64,000 nt of DNA, taken from positions 9,920,001 to 9,984,000 of the forward strand of contig CM022672.1 in the NCBI GenBank assembly GCA_012295275.1, given 5' to 3'. This stretch comes from Chrysomallon squamiferum (lineage: Eukaryota > Animalia > Mollusca). The position numbers were made by a program, and so were the translations under genes. The notes beneath the pieces are model-generated. The model searched no databases and had not been told where the DNA came from. It saw nothing but the letters and a program-made list of their open reading frames with translations. Position 1 is the stretch's first letter; every line of letters begins with the position of its first letter. Of the stretch, positions 27,321 to 40,500 are shown one piece after another.

Positions 27321-27809
27321 TGCAGTAGATTTAATCATTTGTGAAAACCTCTGCTAATAACTGCCACTTTGTTGTGAACTTTAGTCGATAGGTTTAATGT
27401 TGCAGAATTATATTCGTTCATCGTTTACACTGATTTAGTGTGAACATTGACTTTCAGACAGTTGAGCTGCAAGAGTAATGCCCAGATAAAAAAAATCACC
27501 ACAAATGATAACATATATTTATTTACAGTCTTCATTAGTTTTGTTTGCTGTTTTTTCTAACGTCGTATGCCAACAATTTGTAGCTTTTCAAACAAGATAA
27601 TACCATGTTCAAAACATTTTTTGTCGAATCGGTTGGCGATTTGCCAAATTAGATAGTTTATATTTGAACGCCATAATCTGATCAGAGTTGCGAAATCTGA
27701 ATAAAATCAGAGTATAATCGAAATGAATTAAATTTAAAATATATAATTAATAAAATTTGTATTATATTCAATGATCATGATAATAATATGAGTGAAAAAA
27801 AAATTAACT

Positions 27810-28085
27810 AATCAACGCAAGCTGTTTTGAAGCACGCCTGCAACAGTCACGTTCTCTCACAAAGCCAGGGGGCGTGTCTATCGCAGGTGATTACGTTACT
27901 CAAATGAGATTTAGATATCTACACTCACCACTCCCCCGAAACACTTCCCAACTTGACATCTGTAACAAATAAGGACTGGTTGAGGAAAGGTGATGTGATT
28001 TTTTGTATTTTACATGCGCTCTTCTAGGAAAAGATATATATATACAGTGTGTCTAGTTATGCTCTTCTTTAATTAATTCTCAAAT
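27810..28085 (+). promoter_or_regulatory. Promoter-like module copy 3: KLF/Sp 27868-27878, GAS TTCTAGGAA 28022-28030
   Basis: Similar to 24150-24380; preceded by 27540-27810, which duplicates 23880-24150. Confidence 0.45.
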
Positions 28086-28089
28086 ACAT

Positions 28090-29340
28090 GAGTCTATAAA
28101 GTCTGCCCTCCAGGAGGATATGTGGCTCGTCAGTGCCAACCTGGCCTTCAAATCAGAGAGTGGGCAAGAGCCAAGGTTACCAATCTGTAACTGTCCTAAT
28201 TAAACCAGCCCCCTCGGCAAAATTCGTAGGTGGGCGTAACTCGTCTTCATCCACGAAGATCGAGTATAATAACACTACCGTATCTGTCCCCTCGGCAATT
28301 CGTAGTTGGGCTGAACCAGTCACCTTCGGCCCTACAGTTCAGTAAGTGGATCCTAACCCTGAGATATATAAACATTAGCTCTGTACCTCTCTACCTGGAT
28401 CCCCATCATATCCACTGCATCCATCCACTTACCTCATGGAAACACCTTGCCTCCACCCAAAATCAACACTTCCTCTGCATTCCACATTCCTTCCAGGTGC
28501 AACGCATTTCCCTTGTGTGACAAGTGCACCCCTTAAATTAGGTGCCCAGTGCCTGCACCTTCCTTTGCAAATACCAGTTATTTCACTGTGCTGTTCACCC
28601 TTTTCCGGGCCTTGTCTATCTGCTTTGGGTGTTTGGCCCCATGCCAGTAGAGGCGAGGCTGCATATTTGACCATATATCCTCACCGAGGGGAGAAATGCT
28701 CTCAGTCGCAGGACCGAGCAAGTAATGTTCTGAATCAGCGTCCTCTTCTTCGTTGTTACTGTGTCATTCGAACCCAGATGGTTTTGACTACTAGATTTCC
28801 CCCCCTCCAATACAAAGTTGCCTCTGCCACCTTGACTAGCTTCCATTTTCCTTGCCCGAATTAAACGATACTGATAAATCACATATTCCCCATCACATAT
28901 TTTTTTCCGCAATGTTTGTGGTATCTCATCAAAGGTGCTGACCATTTGTAACGGAGGCTAAATATCTACGTACCCAATTTCAAAATTGCTAGTATCTGAC
29001 TCATCGTTTTCCACTGTTTTGTCTTGCCGGGCACCTTCTGGAACAATCGCGGAATCGCCATGCCTCTCTGTCTTGGTCCTCGCTGTTGAGGCGACTCTGT
29101 CGTCAGAAAACGACCGCTCCAGTCTGCTTACATTTTTCGGGGCAAACACTTTCATTCTTAGGATTCCAGGCATTTCGAATTCAAAAATGCAGCATTGCAA
29201 TGGATGAAAAAAAGCGAGCAAATTTGTTCCCGTCGTGGCTGAAATGGCGCTTTAATGGAAGAAACTGATATCTGCGCACGGGCCATTGCCTCCCCTGTAA
29301 TCATTTACCACTAACCACACAACTAGCTGTATTTTCCTGG
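28090..29340 (-). mobile_element. Degenerate retroelement fragment, probably DIRS/Ngaro-like (gag remnant)
   Basis: GC-richer block interrupting the third promoter repeat (flanks 28040-28085 and 29380-29590 match 24490-24540 and 24890-25075). The minus-strand peptide EIPQTLRKKICDGEYV resembles the DIRS ORF1 motif PxxLxxKIxxGEYV. Broken frames; no RT or recombinase visible. Confidence 0.45.
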
Positions 29341-29860
29341 CATTAAACGGGATTATTAAGTATCACGAGTAATCTGTAATACATACCAGCTGTAAACGAT
29401 AGAATTACTCGGTTTCGCTGCTGAATTATACAAAAAAATGATTTATTTATTTCTGATTAAACTGAATTTTGTTGTGCTTGTGTATGTTCAAGCGGGCGAG
29501 CGTGCGTGCGTGCGGGAGATTAACAAGTATATAAATTTGTATTTGGGATGTTGTATAGTTTGCTCAATATTAAAGTATTTTTAGTAATTCTTCTTGTTCT
29601 TGTTCTTCTTATTATTATTATAACTACTACTACTACTACTATTATTATTACTCTTGTTGTTGTTGTCAATATTAATAAATTTTAAGACGCCTCTAGAGTG
29701 TAAAAACGGTTGGAGATGCCATTAGCAGAAATAATTATCTTTGTTAAGTGCATATTTGAAATATTTTGATATCTAGATTAATATTCAGTGATAGTTTAAT
29801 TATTGTCTTCTGGTGAGACTAGCTCTGTCTTAGCCGGAGTAACGTGTGGCTGAGAACATC

Positions 29861-30014
29861 TCAGACGGATGTTTGGATGGTTACCGCTGTTTCTTCACTC
29901 AAATGTCCTCTGATCTCGTCTCTGTCAGAGGATACTCTCGTTACCTCAGTCCTTACATTAGTCAATATCAAAGACTCCTGTCCTTTTGCTGAGATCATTC
30001 TTAAGTCAGTAATT
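29861..30014 (-). pseudogene. Orphan terminal exon resembling nuclear receptor (RAR/TR, NR1) LBD helix 10-11
   Basis: Acceptor tttttctctccag, then (x)ITDLRMISAKGQESLILTNVRTEVTRVSSDRDEIRGHLSEETAVTIQTSV-stop; cf. RAR KITDLRSISAKG and TR KVTDLRMI. Confidence 0.5.
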
Positions 30015-30308
30015 CTGGAGAGAAAAATATACGGATAGTTGGTCAGTCATATTGAGATCATCATGACGGGAGGAAATTAGATATGTTTTAACTAAATTTT
30101 TGTTGTTATACTTAATTATTATTTAAGACTAGAGAATAAAAATAAAGAAAACAATGATTTTAAAGCTGCAAAATGTATTTCTGAAAATCACTAAAGTGCC
30201 CGTTGTCATTAAACATGAATGCCTTAATTTATTCAGTTCTTTTCTCTTTTTTTTTCAGATATCAGATTATTTTATTGGATAGATATTTTCTAAGGGAGAC
30301 TCTTGACA

Positions 30309-30336
30309 ATGGATGAGAAAGGAGATAAAAACATGG
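30309..30336 (+). CDS. SACS: Sacsin copy 2 putative first coding exon (MDEKGDKNM; whole exon 30259-30336 with 5' UTR part)
   Basis: Strong pyrimidine tract and cag acceptor at 30258, acaATGG start context, donor g|gtatga; phase 1 fits the next exon. Confidence 0.6.
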
Positions 30337-30515
30337 GTATGATAAATTTTATTAACCTGAGAAAAATACACCTTATATTTGTCACAATTTGGAACACATC
30401 AGCAATAATAATAATACTTTTTTATTATTTAAAATATTTCGGCTCTACAATGTTTTTCTATTTGTAGCCTGGAATTGAAATTTGCATGATTTTTTAATAA
30501 AACGTCTCCCATTAC

Positions 30516-30583
<68 letters not shown>

Positions 30584-31253
30584 CTGAGCATTTATTATTA
30601 CAACATTATCAAATTTAAACAGAATTACAATTAGTATTATTATCGTTGTTAGTGTCGTTGTTGTGTTCTTATTTTTGTTCTTATTATTATCTAAGTATTT
30701 ATCACTGAAATATTATCATTCTTTAAAAAACATTCTGTTATAACAAAATCCACAGTTTTGGTGGGTGGGCTTGGATGTATGAAGCAGCCAAGTCTAATAA
30801 AGCAGCTCAAATCTATACTGGACCAGTATCCAAAAGGTCAAATTTTGAAGGTAAGCAAATAGCTAGACTTTATTATATTGTCGGTTTAAGAAAAATAAAA
30901 TAAAATAAAATGAAAATTTATAATAATTCAATACATACAATTTTTGAATAATTATTAAAACTGATAATTATATTTCATTACAATTCTTTTGTTTTGTTTT
31001 GTTGTTGTAAAATATTTTCTCTACGTCATATTAATTTATTCAGATATATTTTAGTACATATTACGTTATCCATAGGTAGGCTCTGTTAATGGCTGGTGTA
31101 ACTAACTAGACAAGAAATTATGTCAGCTCAATAAACATATCACAAACGCAATTCATTATCACAAATTTGAAATGGTATGCCATCCATAAACATAAAGTTT
31201 AAATCTAATATAATTTTTCATTATTATATATTAAAATGTTATTATTATTATTA

Positions 31254-31315
<62 letters not shown>

Positions 31316-31484
31316 AGAATATTGATAACATTAAATCTTAAATTTAATAATATCCATAAACAGTATTACATAAATATATAATTATTCAGGATAAGAAAAG
31401 CATAAGTTTTACTTTTTTTAATCTTATGTAATTTTTTATATTATTATTATTATTTAAATTTCGTTTATTTAATTATTTAGTTGC

Positions 31485-31539
<55 letters not shown>

Positions 31540-34500
31540 GTTGTTGTTGTTGTCATTATTTGTTCATATTATTATATATTTATTACTATTATTATTATGG
31601 CAGGAGATGATTCAAAATGCTGAAGATGCTGGGGCAAGTGAGGTAAAAGTGTTGTTTGACCACAGACAGTGTAACAGTGAGACAGAGTTATCACAAGTCG
31701 AATATCCATCTCATCTGAAAGCTTTACAGGTAGAAAATACACAAAAACAAATTAAGTTAATATATTTCATTTAAGAACAATTTTGGTGTGCCCCACGAAA
31801 ATCTAGGACCTAGGTAGATATTTGTGATGATAAAAAATTGATTTATAGTACATTATATCCACACTTCAGCATTAAAATGTTCTTTACGGTAGATCATTAG
31901 TATTATGTTAAGAGCGGAAAAATATCCAGCAAGAAATGGCATGTTGCCCGGAGAAGATTTTATACGCGTTGTAAACTCGTTCGAAACGAGTTTTGGCTGA
32001 TGAACAGTTGTTTACCGGTGATAGGGTGTGCAAGTGTGATAAATAGCCAAAGTTTTCTTGTGACACATATTCCGCAATTGTTTGTAAGGCTTCACTGGGG
32101 GGACTGATGAACCACACTATTGCATCATTTTGATTTTGATCAGTTAGAACTTTTTATTAATAACGTTAACATAATATGGCATTTAGAAATATAATAGAGT
32201 GATAACTAAAACTGAAATGAAATGGGCACTCATAATGTTTCATTGGATATGCTGTCAAGATAATTATTCATTTCACTTCAGGGTCCTGGTTTGTGCATCT
32301 TTAATGATGCCAGCTTTACGGAAAGTGATTGGAATGGAATTCGAATGATTCAGTGCAGCAATAAAGAAGAAAATCGTCTCAAAGTCGGACGTTATGGCCT
32401 GGGATTCAAATCGGTATTTCACGTAACAGGTATCCAGTATTTCAAACTAACACATTTATAAAAGGTTAGTACTTACATGAAAAGCCCGTATTTTATTAAA
32501 GAAAATTTAAAATACCAAAACCCAGATTAATTTATCTGATTATTGGTTTCGCTAAATACACTTCATTTGAATTATCTCTTTTCAAGATTGGCTCTGTGTT
32601 TTAAGTGGAAAATGGATTCTTTTCATTAACCCCCACGAACCAAACGATGAAGTATGTTTGCTGATAGAAATTTCAGACTTGAATAAGATATCAAAACACG
32701 CTGTGCTGTCAGTATTTGGAGACACATTTGATTTCTCTGAATCTTGTCTTCAGAATGGATCCTATAATGGAACCTTGTTTTGGTTTCCATTACGACAGAC
32801 TCCGTCAAAACTTTCAGAGGAGATCTACTCAGAAAAAGAAGTACAGGAAATGTTCAGCACCTTCACTGCAGAAGCTGAAAGTACTCTTCTTTTCCTTAAA
32901 TCACTGGAAAAAATCTCTCTTTTTAAAAGAAATGATTCAGAGATTCAACGAGTTTTCACAGTTCAGATAGGACGACCTTTCTTGGAGTCTGTGAGACAAG
33001 AAAGAAATCGTTTTAAGTTGAATCTTAGAGAGACAGGTGATGGTCTGCGTTCAGAATCCTGCCACAGTGGAATCCACATTTCAATAGAAAGCACAGAAAT
33101 GGTATCCACAGAAAGCTTTCGTTCAACAGCTCGTGAATGGATTGTTGTACACTTCTACAAAGGAGGACCCACGTCAGATCGGCTTGCTCATCTTTGCGCT
33201 GACAAAGAACTTTCTTATTCACCTTACGTTGGCATCGCTTACCCTCTAACAAACACTCTTCAAACCACCGGACACATCTTTTGTTTCCTGCCATTATCTT
33301 TTAGTGAAGAAAACAGTACTGGGCTGCCTGTGCATGTCAATGGATTTTTTGCTTTGACACCTGATCGCCGATCAGTGAAATGGTCTCGTGGTGGAGATAA
33401 GCAAGAAAAATGGAATCGTTGTCTGATTTCAGAGGTCATTCCTGACGCCTATGTTGTCTTGGTGGATAAGCTGAAAGCACTGTGTGAAGAAAGAAACAAT
33501 TGTTCTGATTCTATTAGCATCTTTTATGAATCTTTCCCTGATCAGTCAAAGGTTGTTGGCATGTGGAAAACACTTTTAAAACCATTCTTCAAGCAGTTAT
33601 CTGAAAAGAATATTTTTTTCAGTAAGGTCGATGGTGGAAAGTGGCTCCGTAAACAAGATATTATTCTGGCTGTTTATGAAGATGACATTGAACCGTGTGT
33701 GTGTGAGACTGTCACAAAGACATATCTGCAGTACCAGCAAAATATCGTGCAGCTACCAGATCATATTGTGGACAAGAAAACAACAAAGGTTATAAAGGTC
33801 TCTCCAGAAGGTTTATGCAGCCTCCTGAATAAATCCGAAATATACGAAAGCTATAATTTTACTGAACGAATCAATCTTTTGAAATATGTTCTATTATCTT
33901 CTTCTTATGCCAGTCTTACAGGATTATCTCTGATTCCTTTGGTTGATGGAACATTTCAGACATTTTCTGCAGAGGAAGTTTACTTCTGCCCAGGAAATGT
34001 CCAGTTATTCCCTGGCCTTGAATCCTGCTTGGTTAATGAAAGAATTGACTGGTCTATCCTACAACATTTTGCTGAAATGGCTGACAAAGGTATGTTTATG
34101 GATTACACTTCATTAGAGAAGAGTCATTTATGTGCACTGTTTTATACAGAAATAGAAACAAAATCTCATTTGTTTTTCTATCTGATATTGTTGAAGATAA
34201 GTTTAGCATTCTGAACTTTTATTAAATAGTCAATTCTTACACCTATTCATAAGTATTTCTTTCATTTTTCCAGGCTATCATAAAGTGAGAAAACTAACAC
34301 CTGAAACCTTTACTGAACTCGTGAAGAAATGTTTCAGTCAAAATTTTAACACAAAGGATAAGGTAATCATCCTACAGCGATCTTCTACTAGACTGGGAGA
34401 GAAATGGCTAAATCGTTTATGGTCATTTGCTCAAGAACTCAAAATGGACTTAAAGACCAAATTACCTGATTTGCCTCTTGTACCTGAATACAGTGAAGAT

Positions 34501-37500
34501 AAAATAAATCTACATTCTTTGAACAACAAATTCATTGTACAATCTTACGAAGGATTTGACAGCCTATCAGACGAAATTTCTTCTGGTTTAAGGGAGTTAG
34601 GAGTTACTGTTTTGCCATCAGTTCCTAAGTACGTTCAAGCTTTATTACCTGTTGGCAGCATCATTCAGTTTCCTAGTCAGTCAGGACTTCTTAAAAGTTT
34701 AAGCACAATATCACAGGACAACATAGATTACTTCAATAAAACAACAGACGAAATTATCAGAAATGTCTTTTTAGAGTACTTAGCTTCGTGCAAACAAATA
34801 TTACCGGAAGCCAAAGAAACATTAAAACAATTGAAATTATTCAGAAATACCGCATCGTCAGTAAGAAACGTGGCCATACTTGAATTGAATCAGATAGCAC
34901 CAGTTGAAGAAATTCCCGTTGCTTATCCATCAGTGTATTTGTACGGTCAGTGCCCTGCAACTCGTCACTTGGCAAAGGAGTTGGGAGCTCAAGAAGTTTC
35001 AATAAAAGAAATCATTTGTAAAGTGCTGGATGTCATAATGAACGATAATAAAAGAAAACAGTACAATGATAGAGAAGTCGAAAAGTTTATGAGATTCCTT
35101 TTAGAAAACAGTCACCCGTATCTGACAGATGACAGGGTGAAACAAAGAGCAAGTCAGATTCAGTTTCTACCTTCTGAAGGAGAAGTCAGATTGCATAAAG
35201 CAAAAGAATTATTTGATCCAAGAAGTTCTTCATTGCAAGACTTGTTTCATGGTGAGAACAAATTTCCAAGTCAAGATTTCTCTGAGACAAGTTTACTCGA
35301 TGGGTTACGAAAACTTGGACTGAAAGGAGAAAAAGATGTTGCTTTATCAGATATTTGTGAATCAGCATCAGTAATTGAGTCCAAGTTCCAGGAGCAGCAT
35401 GAACATGTAAAGGTGATCCAGAAAGGAAAAGCTATGTTGAATTTTCTGAGAAACTTCAGAAGCGTTGACATCAAGGTCACAAGACTTTCATCTCAGCTCT
35501 GGCTGCCAGTGCTGGTGAGCAGACCTCCAACCTACCCAGAACATCTTCCTTTTGCTGGCTCAGGTGAATATTACATAGGCAGGCCAAAGGAAATGCATAA
35601 CTTCACTCACCTGACATTGGTTGGATCTGTCAAAATGGTTTCTATGGAAAAACTGCCTAATGTGATGGAATCTTTGGTTGAAGTTCCGTCTGAAGATGTA
35701 GTTCTCAAACATTTAAAGAATATCACTGGCACTTACCATGCAGACGAACATCGGTTGTACATGAATCAACTTGATCAAATATACAAATATTTCAGTAAGA
35801 TCGAACTTTCAGGAAAAGCAGTAATATTATTGGCAACAATGAAATCTATTTGGGCTGGAGAAGATGCAGTGTTTGTTGAACCAAAACAAATTGTTATAAA
35901 CCATACACTGTCAGACCTTAATTTAGTTCCATACCGATATCCTCTGCCTAATTCTTTGAAAAACTATAGTCGTCTGTTTCTACAGATTGGTGCCTCAGAA
36001 TACCAGTCTTCAGAAATACTTTACGAAATTTTGCTGGAAATCCAAGAGAAATGTGAAAACCAAACAGTGAGTGCTTGTGATGATAGGACTTTGGTTATGA
36101 AAATTTTGGATAACCTAATCAAAGACTGTTCTATCGAAAAGAAAAAGATTCCGATTCCCGTTCACAATCTAGATGATCGTCTTGTACTCAAGAAAACTGA
36201 GGAATGTGTTTATTGTGAATCATTTCAGATGTTAGGAACTGCAGAAGAGGATCAAGAAGAAAGATCTTATTATGCAAACATTTCTTTAGATCAGGCTAAA
36301 CATCTTGGGATTCGAATTCTGAAAAATTCTCTCATGGATGCTACAGAAGAAATTGACATGAATTTTGGTCAAAAAGAACCGCTGACGAGAAGATTGAGAA
36401 ATCTTCTACGTGGATACACCGATGGTTTCTCCGTTCCAAAGGAAATCATACAGAATGCTGATGATGCACAAGCCAGTGAAGTGAATTTTCTTTACGACGA
36501 AAGAGAGAATCTAAATGCAAGAACCAAGCTGTTTAATGAGGGAATGGCTTCTTTACAGGGTCCAGCATTATGGGCACAGAATGATGCTCTGTTTTCGGAA
36601 TCGGACATTTCTAACATCACCAAACTCAGTGGAGAAACGAAACTTGATGACTGTACCAAAATTGGAAGATTTGGATTAGGTTTCAACTCAGTTTACAACT
36701 TGACTGATGTTCCTAGTTTTGTCAGTGGAAATACCGTTGTGATATTTGATCCACATCAGAGCTATCTGGGAAGTCCTGGCATGAAAGCAAATATCTCTGT
36801 TCAAAGAAACAGATCGATGTTACGAAGAATGCAAGATCAGTTTAAACCATTTGAAGGAGTTTTTGGTTGTCATTCTTTGCACGATGAAAAACATTCTGAA
36901 TATGCTGGCACTTTATTTCGATTTCCACTCAGAACAGAAGAACAAGCACAACAAAGTCAAATCAGTGAGTTGTATTACTCTCCTGAAGAAATGAAAAACT
37001 TTCTACACGTGTTTTTTTCTGCAGTTGGAAATCTTCTGCTTTTCTGTCAAAATGTCGAAGTTGTCAGAATGTATCATTTGCCTAAAGACACATCAGACCC
37101 TTCGATGGCAACACTCCTGGTGGAAGTTAGAAAAAGCGTCGAAAGAATTAGCCCACCACCAACAGGATCAGTGCTCAGATTCTTTTCAAATGCGTGGGAG
37201 AATATATCTCACAATTGTGTTGTGAATCAGAATGTTTGTATCTCACTCACCATGTCTGATAAAACCAGGGAGATATGTGATATCACTCCAAATTCGTCTC
37301 ATGTAAATTGGAATGTTGCCTGGGTTCTTGGATGTCATGAATCAGCAGACCTGATAAAGAGTCACCAAATGAAGGGACTTTTGCCAGTTGCAGCTGCTGC
37401 AGTGTCGTTTTGTAAAAGAGAGGATCATACTGTTTTGCTTCCCTTGGATAGATGTCCCGATGGCTTTTACAAAGAGGGCCACTTATTTTGTTTCCTACCT

Positions 37501-40500
37501 CTGCCAATACAAACACCATTGCCACTGCACATAAACGGAGCATTTGCACTGACACTTGACAGAAAACAACTGTGTTCAAAATCAGAAGATGAGAAATCTG
37601 TTTCCATTGAAGCAAAATGGAACGAAGTTCTGTGGTCAGATGCTGTTACATCTGCGCTGGTCCAGGTTCTGGTCAATTTGAAAACGATCATTAATGAAGT
37701 TGATGAAACTTACTATAGACTGTGGCCAAGGAGAGAAATGATGAATGAATCAAGTTTCAAGAAATTCTATGAAATTATAGTTCAGGACAATCCTAAAGTT
37801 TTTTTCCATGATTCAGTTTGGATTTGTTTTCAGGATGCTCTCTTTTTAGATCCTCAACTACGTTTTGAAAGAAATGTTGGATCTGTTGCCTTCGACGCAT
37901 TCAAACATTTTTACACAGGTGACATGATTGTTGCAGATGCTCCTGAAAATATATTAGAAAGTATTAAGCTCTCTGGTCAGCAAAACAAACTAAATTCTCA
38001 CATTTTCACTCTGAATGACTTTTATAAGGAAATCGTGTTTCCCAATATAAATGACCCATACTGGAATAGTGAATCGCTCGATTCTTTAGTGATATATGCT
38101 TTACAACAAGGCAATAAAGAAGTTAAAAATGTTATGAAAAATATAGAATGTATTCCAACAAGACCTTCAGGACTGCTGAAACGACCAAGGGATTTGGTTA
38201 ATTCGCATGGACACACAGCTTGTTTGTTCAGAGATTCCGATGCCGTTTTTCCAATAGAAACAAATATTGGAACGACTGTCAGTGGATTTTGCAGTCCGCA
38301 AATACTGCAAGAACTTACTGATCTTGGGATGCAGAATAAAGAACTGTACTGGAATGTTGTTTACGAAAGAATTCAGTCTATACAAATACTAATGAATGAA
38401 AATAGAGAAGATGCAGTTAATCGCTGCAAAAACATTTTAAATTACCTTGGAGAAAAAAATACTCATGACGACTCAAAGATTCAACGATTTGAAAGCTGTC
38501 CAGGTGCACTGAAAGAAAAAATGCGGAAAGAAAGGTTTTTACCCATCCTGCAAACGCCAAATTACTGGCCAACATCTTGGTTTGGCAGTAAAACACAGCA
38601 CCTCCTAGAAACACCTACTTCGATGTGCTTTCCGGAGTGTAAATTTATTGTCGGTTCAAATACATTTGTCCTTGACGCAACTGAGTTGGAATCGAGTTCA
38701 AACAGAAAGGTCCTTGAATGGCTTGGAGTTCAATCTAAAGCCAACATTCGAGTGAGTGACGTTGTTAAACATTTGCTAACGACATCCTCAATCCAAATAG
38801 ACTCACTTCCTACACCTGCTTTCACAAAATTGTCAGATATTTGTTCTGCTGTATACCAGCATCTCAATAAAGTTTGTTTATCAGATGACACGGAAGCCAA
38901 AGAGATACTCAAACTTAACCTGTTCCGTAAACAAATTATTCTTCATGGTAAGTCTTTTCTACGGCCTAATCAGTTAGCATTTAACTTGGAATATGTCTTG
39001 GAACCGTATTTGTACAAAGTTGATGAAATACTGGAAAACCAGAACAAATCATTTTTAGAGACTGTTGGTGTCCGAAATGCTTTTGAATCCGAAGATGCTG
39101 CAAATATCATGAAAGAAATGGCTGAGAATTGCGGAAGAAATGCCTTAAATGAAAAGCAGTTACACTGCTTTTCCCAAGCAGCCTTACTCTTAGTCGAGCA
39201 GCTGCAAACTAGTGGCTCTGGATCCGTTGCAAAGGAATTTAGTTCCTTATTTTTACCAGATTCGAGAGGCATTTTGCAACCCATTTCTGAACTGTGTTTA
39301 GATGACTGTGAGTGGATAGGAGAAGCTGAGTCTATGAAGTTTCTGCATCGGATTATGCCTGTAGCTGTTGCAGTTGCTTTTGGAGTTAAAACTAAACGGC
39401 AGCAAGATGTGAGTTCTCATGCGACGTTGTTTGACATGACTTCTTTTGGTCAGCATGAATCTCTCGCCAACAGACTGAAACGAATCCTAGAGGGGTATCC
39501 ATGTGATTCTTCTCTGATGAAAGAACTCCTGCAGAATGCTGATGATGCTGGAGCAACTGAGCTGATGTTTATTAAAGACTTCAGAACTCATCCAAGTGAC
39601 AGAATTTTTGATGATAGATGGAAACCATTGCAAGGCCCAGCTCTGTGTGTTTATAACAACAGCTACTTCCAAGAGGAAGATTTCGCTGGAATACAAAATT
39701 TAGGCATTGGCAGCAAAGGGGATGATCCATTAAAAACAGGGCAGTATGGAGTTGGATTTAATGCTGTGTACCATTTGACCGATGTTCCAACCTTTTTGAC
39801 TGTAGGACCAACAACACAAGAAACACTCTGTGTCCTTGACCCTAATTGTCTGTACACACCCACCACTAAAGAAGGCGTTCCCGGTGCAAGATTTACAAAC
39901 CTGTCACATTTGAAAAAATCATACAGAGATGTTTTTTCTTGTTATCTTGAAAATCAAATTCAACTGCATCCACAAGGCACATTATTTCGCTTTCCTCTTC
40001 GAACATTGGAAATGGCTAGTTGTTCACAAATTTGCCAAACAGAGATGTCGATTGAGAAAGTTAAAGACTTACTGGATTCCTTTTCATCGGACATGGCTGA
40101 TTCACTTTTATTTCTTCATAATGTAAAGAAGATATCCATAGCATCAGTGAATGAAAGTGGACAAATAATAGTTGATCGTGTTGTGGAATCAAACGCATCT
40201 ATTGAAGATCTGGAAAAACAGCATCAGTTCTTTAATATAGTAAAGCAGAGAGTGAAGAATGAACAAAACGAGAGAAAACAACTACAGGATTTAGATGAAG
40301 AAGATTTTTTTATCACTCTGCATATAAAAGATTCTCGTAAAGAAGAAATCGAAGAGTGGATGGTTGTCCATCAGTTTGGATTTTCAAAACACTGGCAGGT
40401 ATCTCCAGAGCTGGAATCAGCCTGGAATAAGAAGGAAATAAATTTGTTACCCAGAGGAGGCGTTGCTGCACGTCTCGATGTTGAAGAGTCTCAATGCGAC

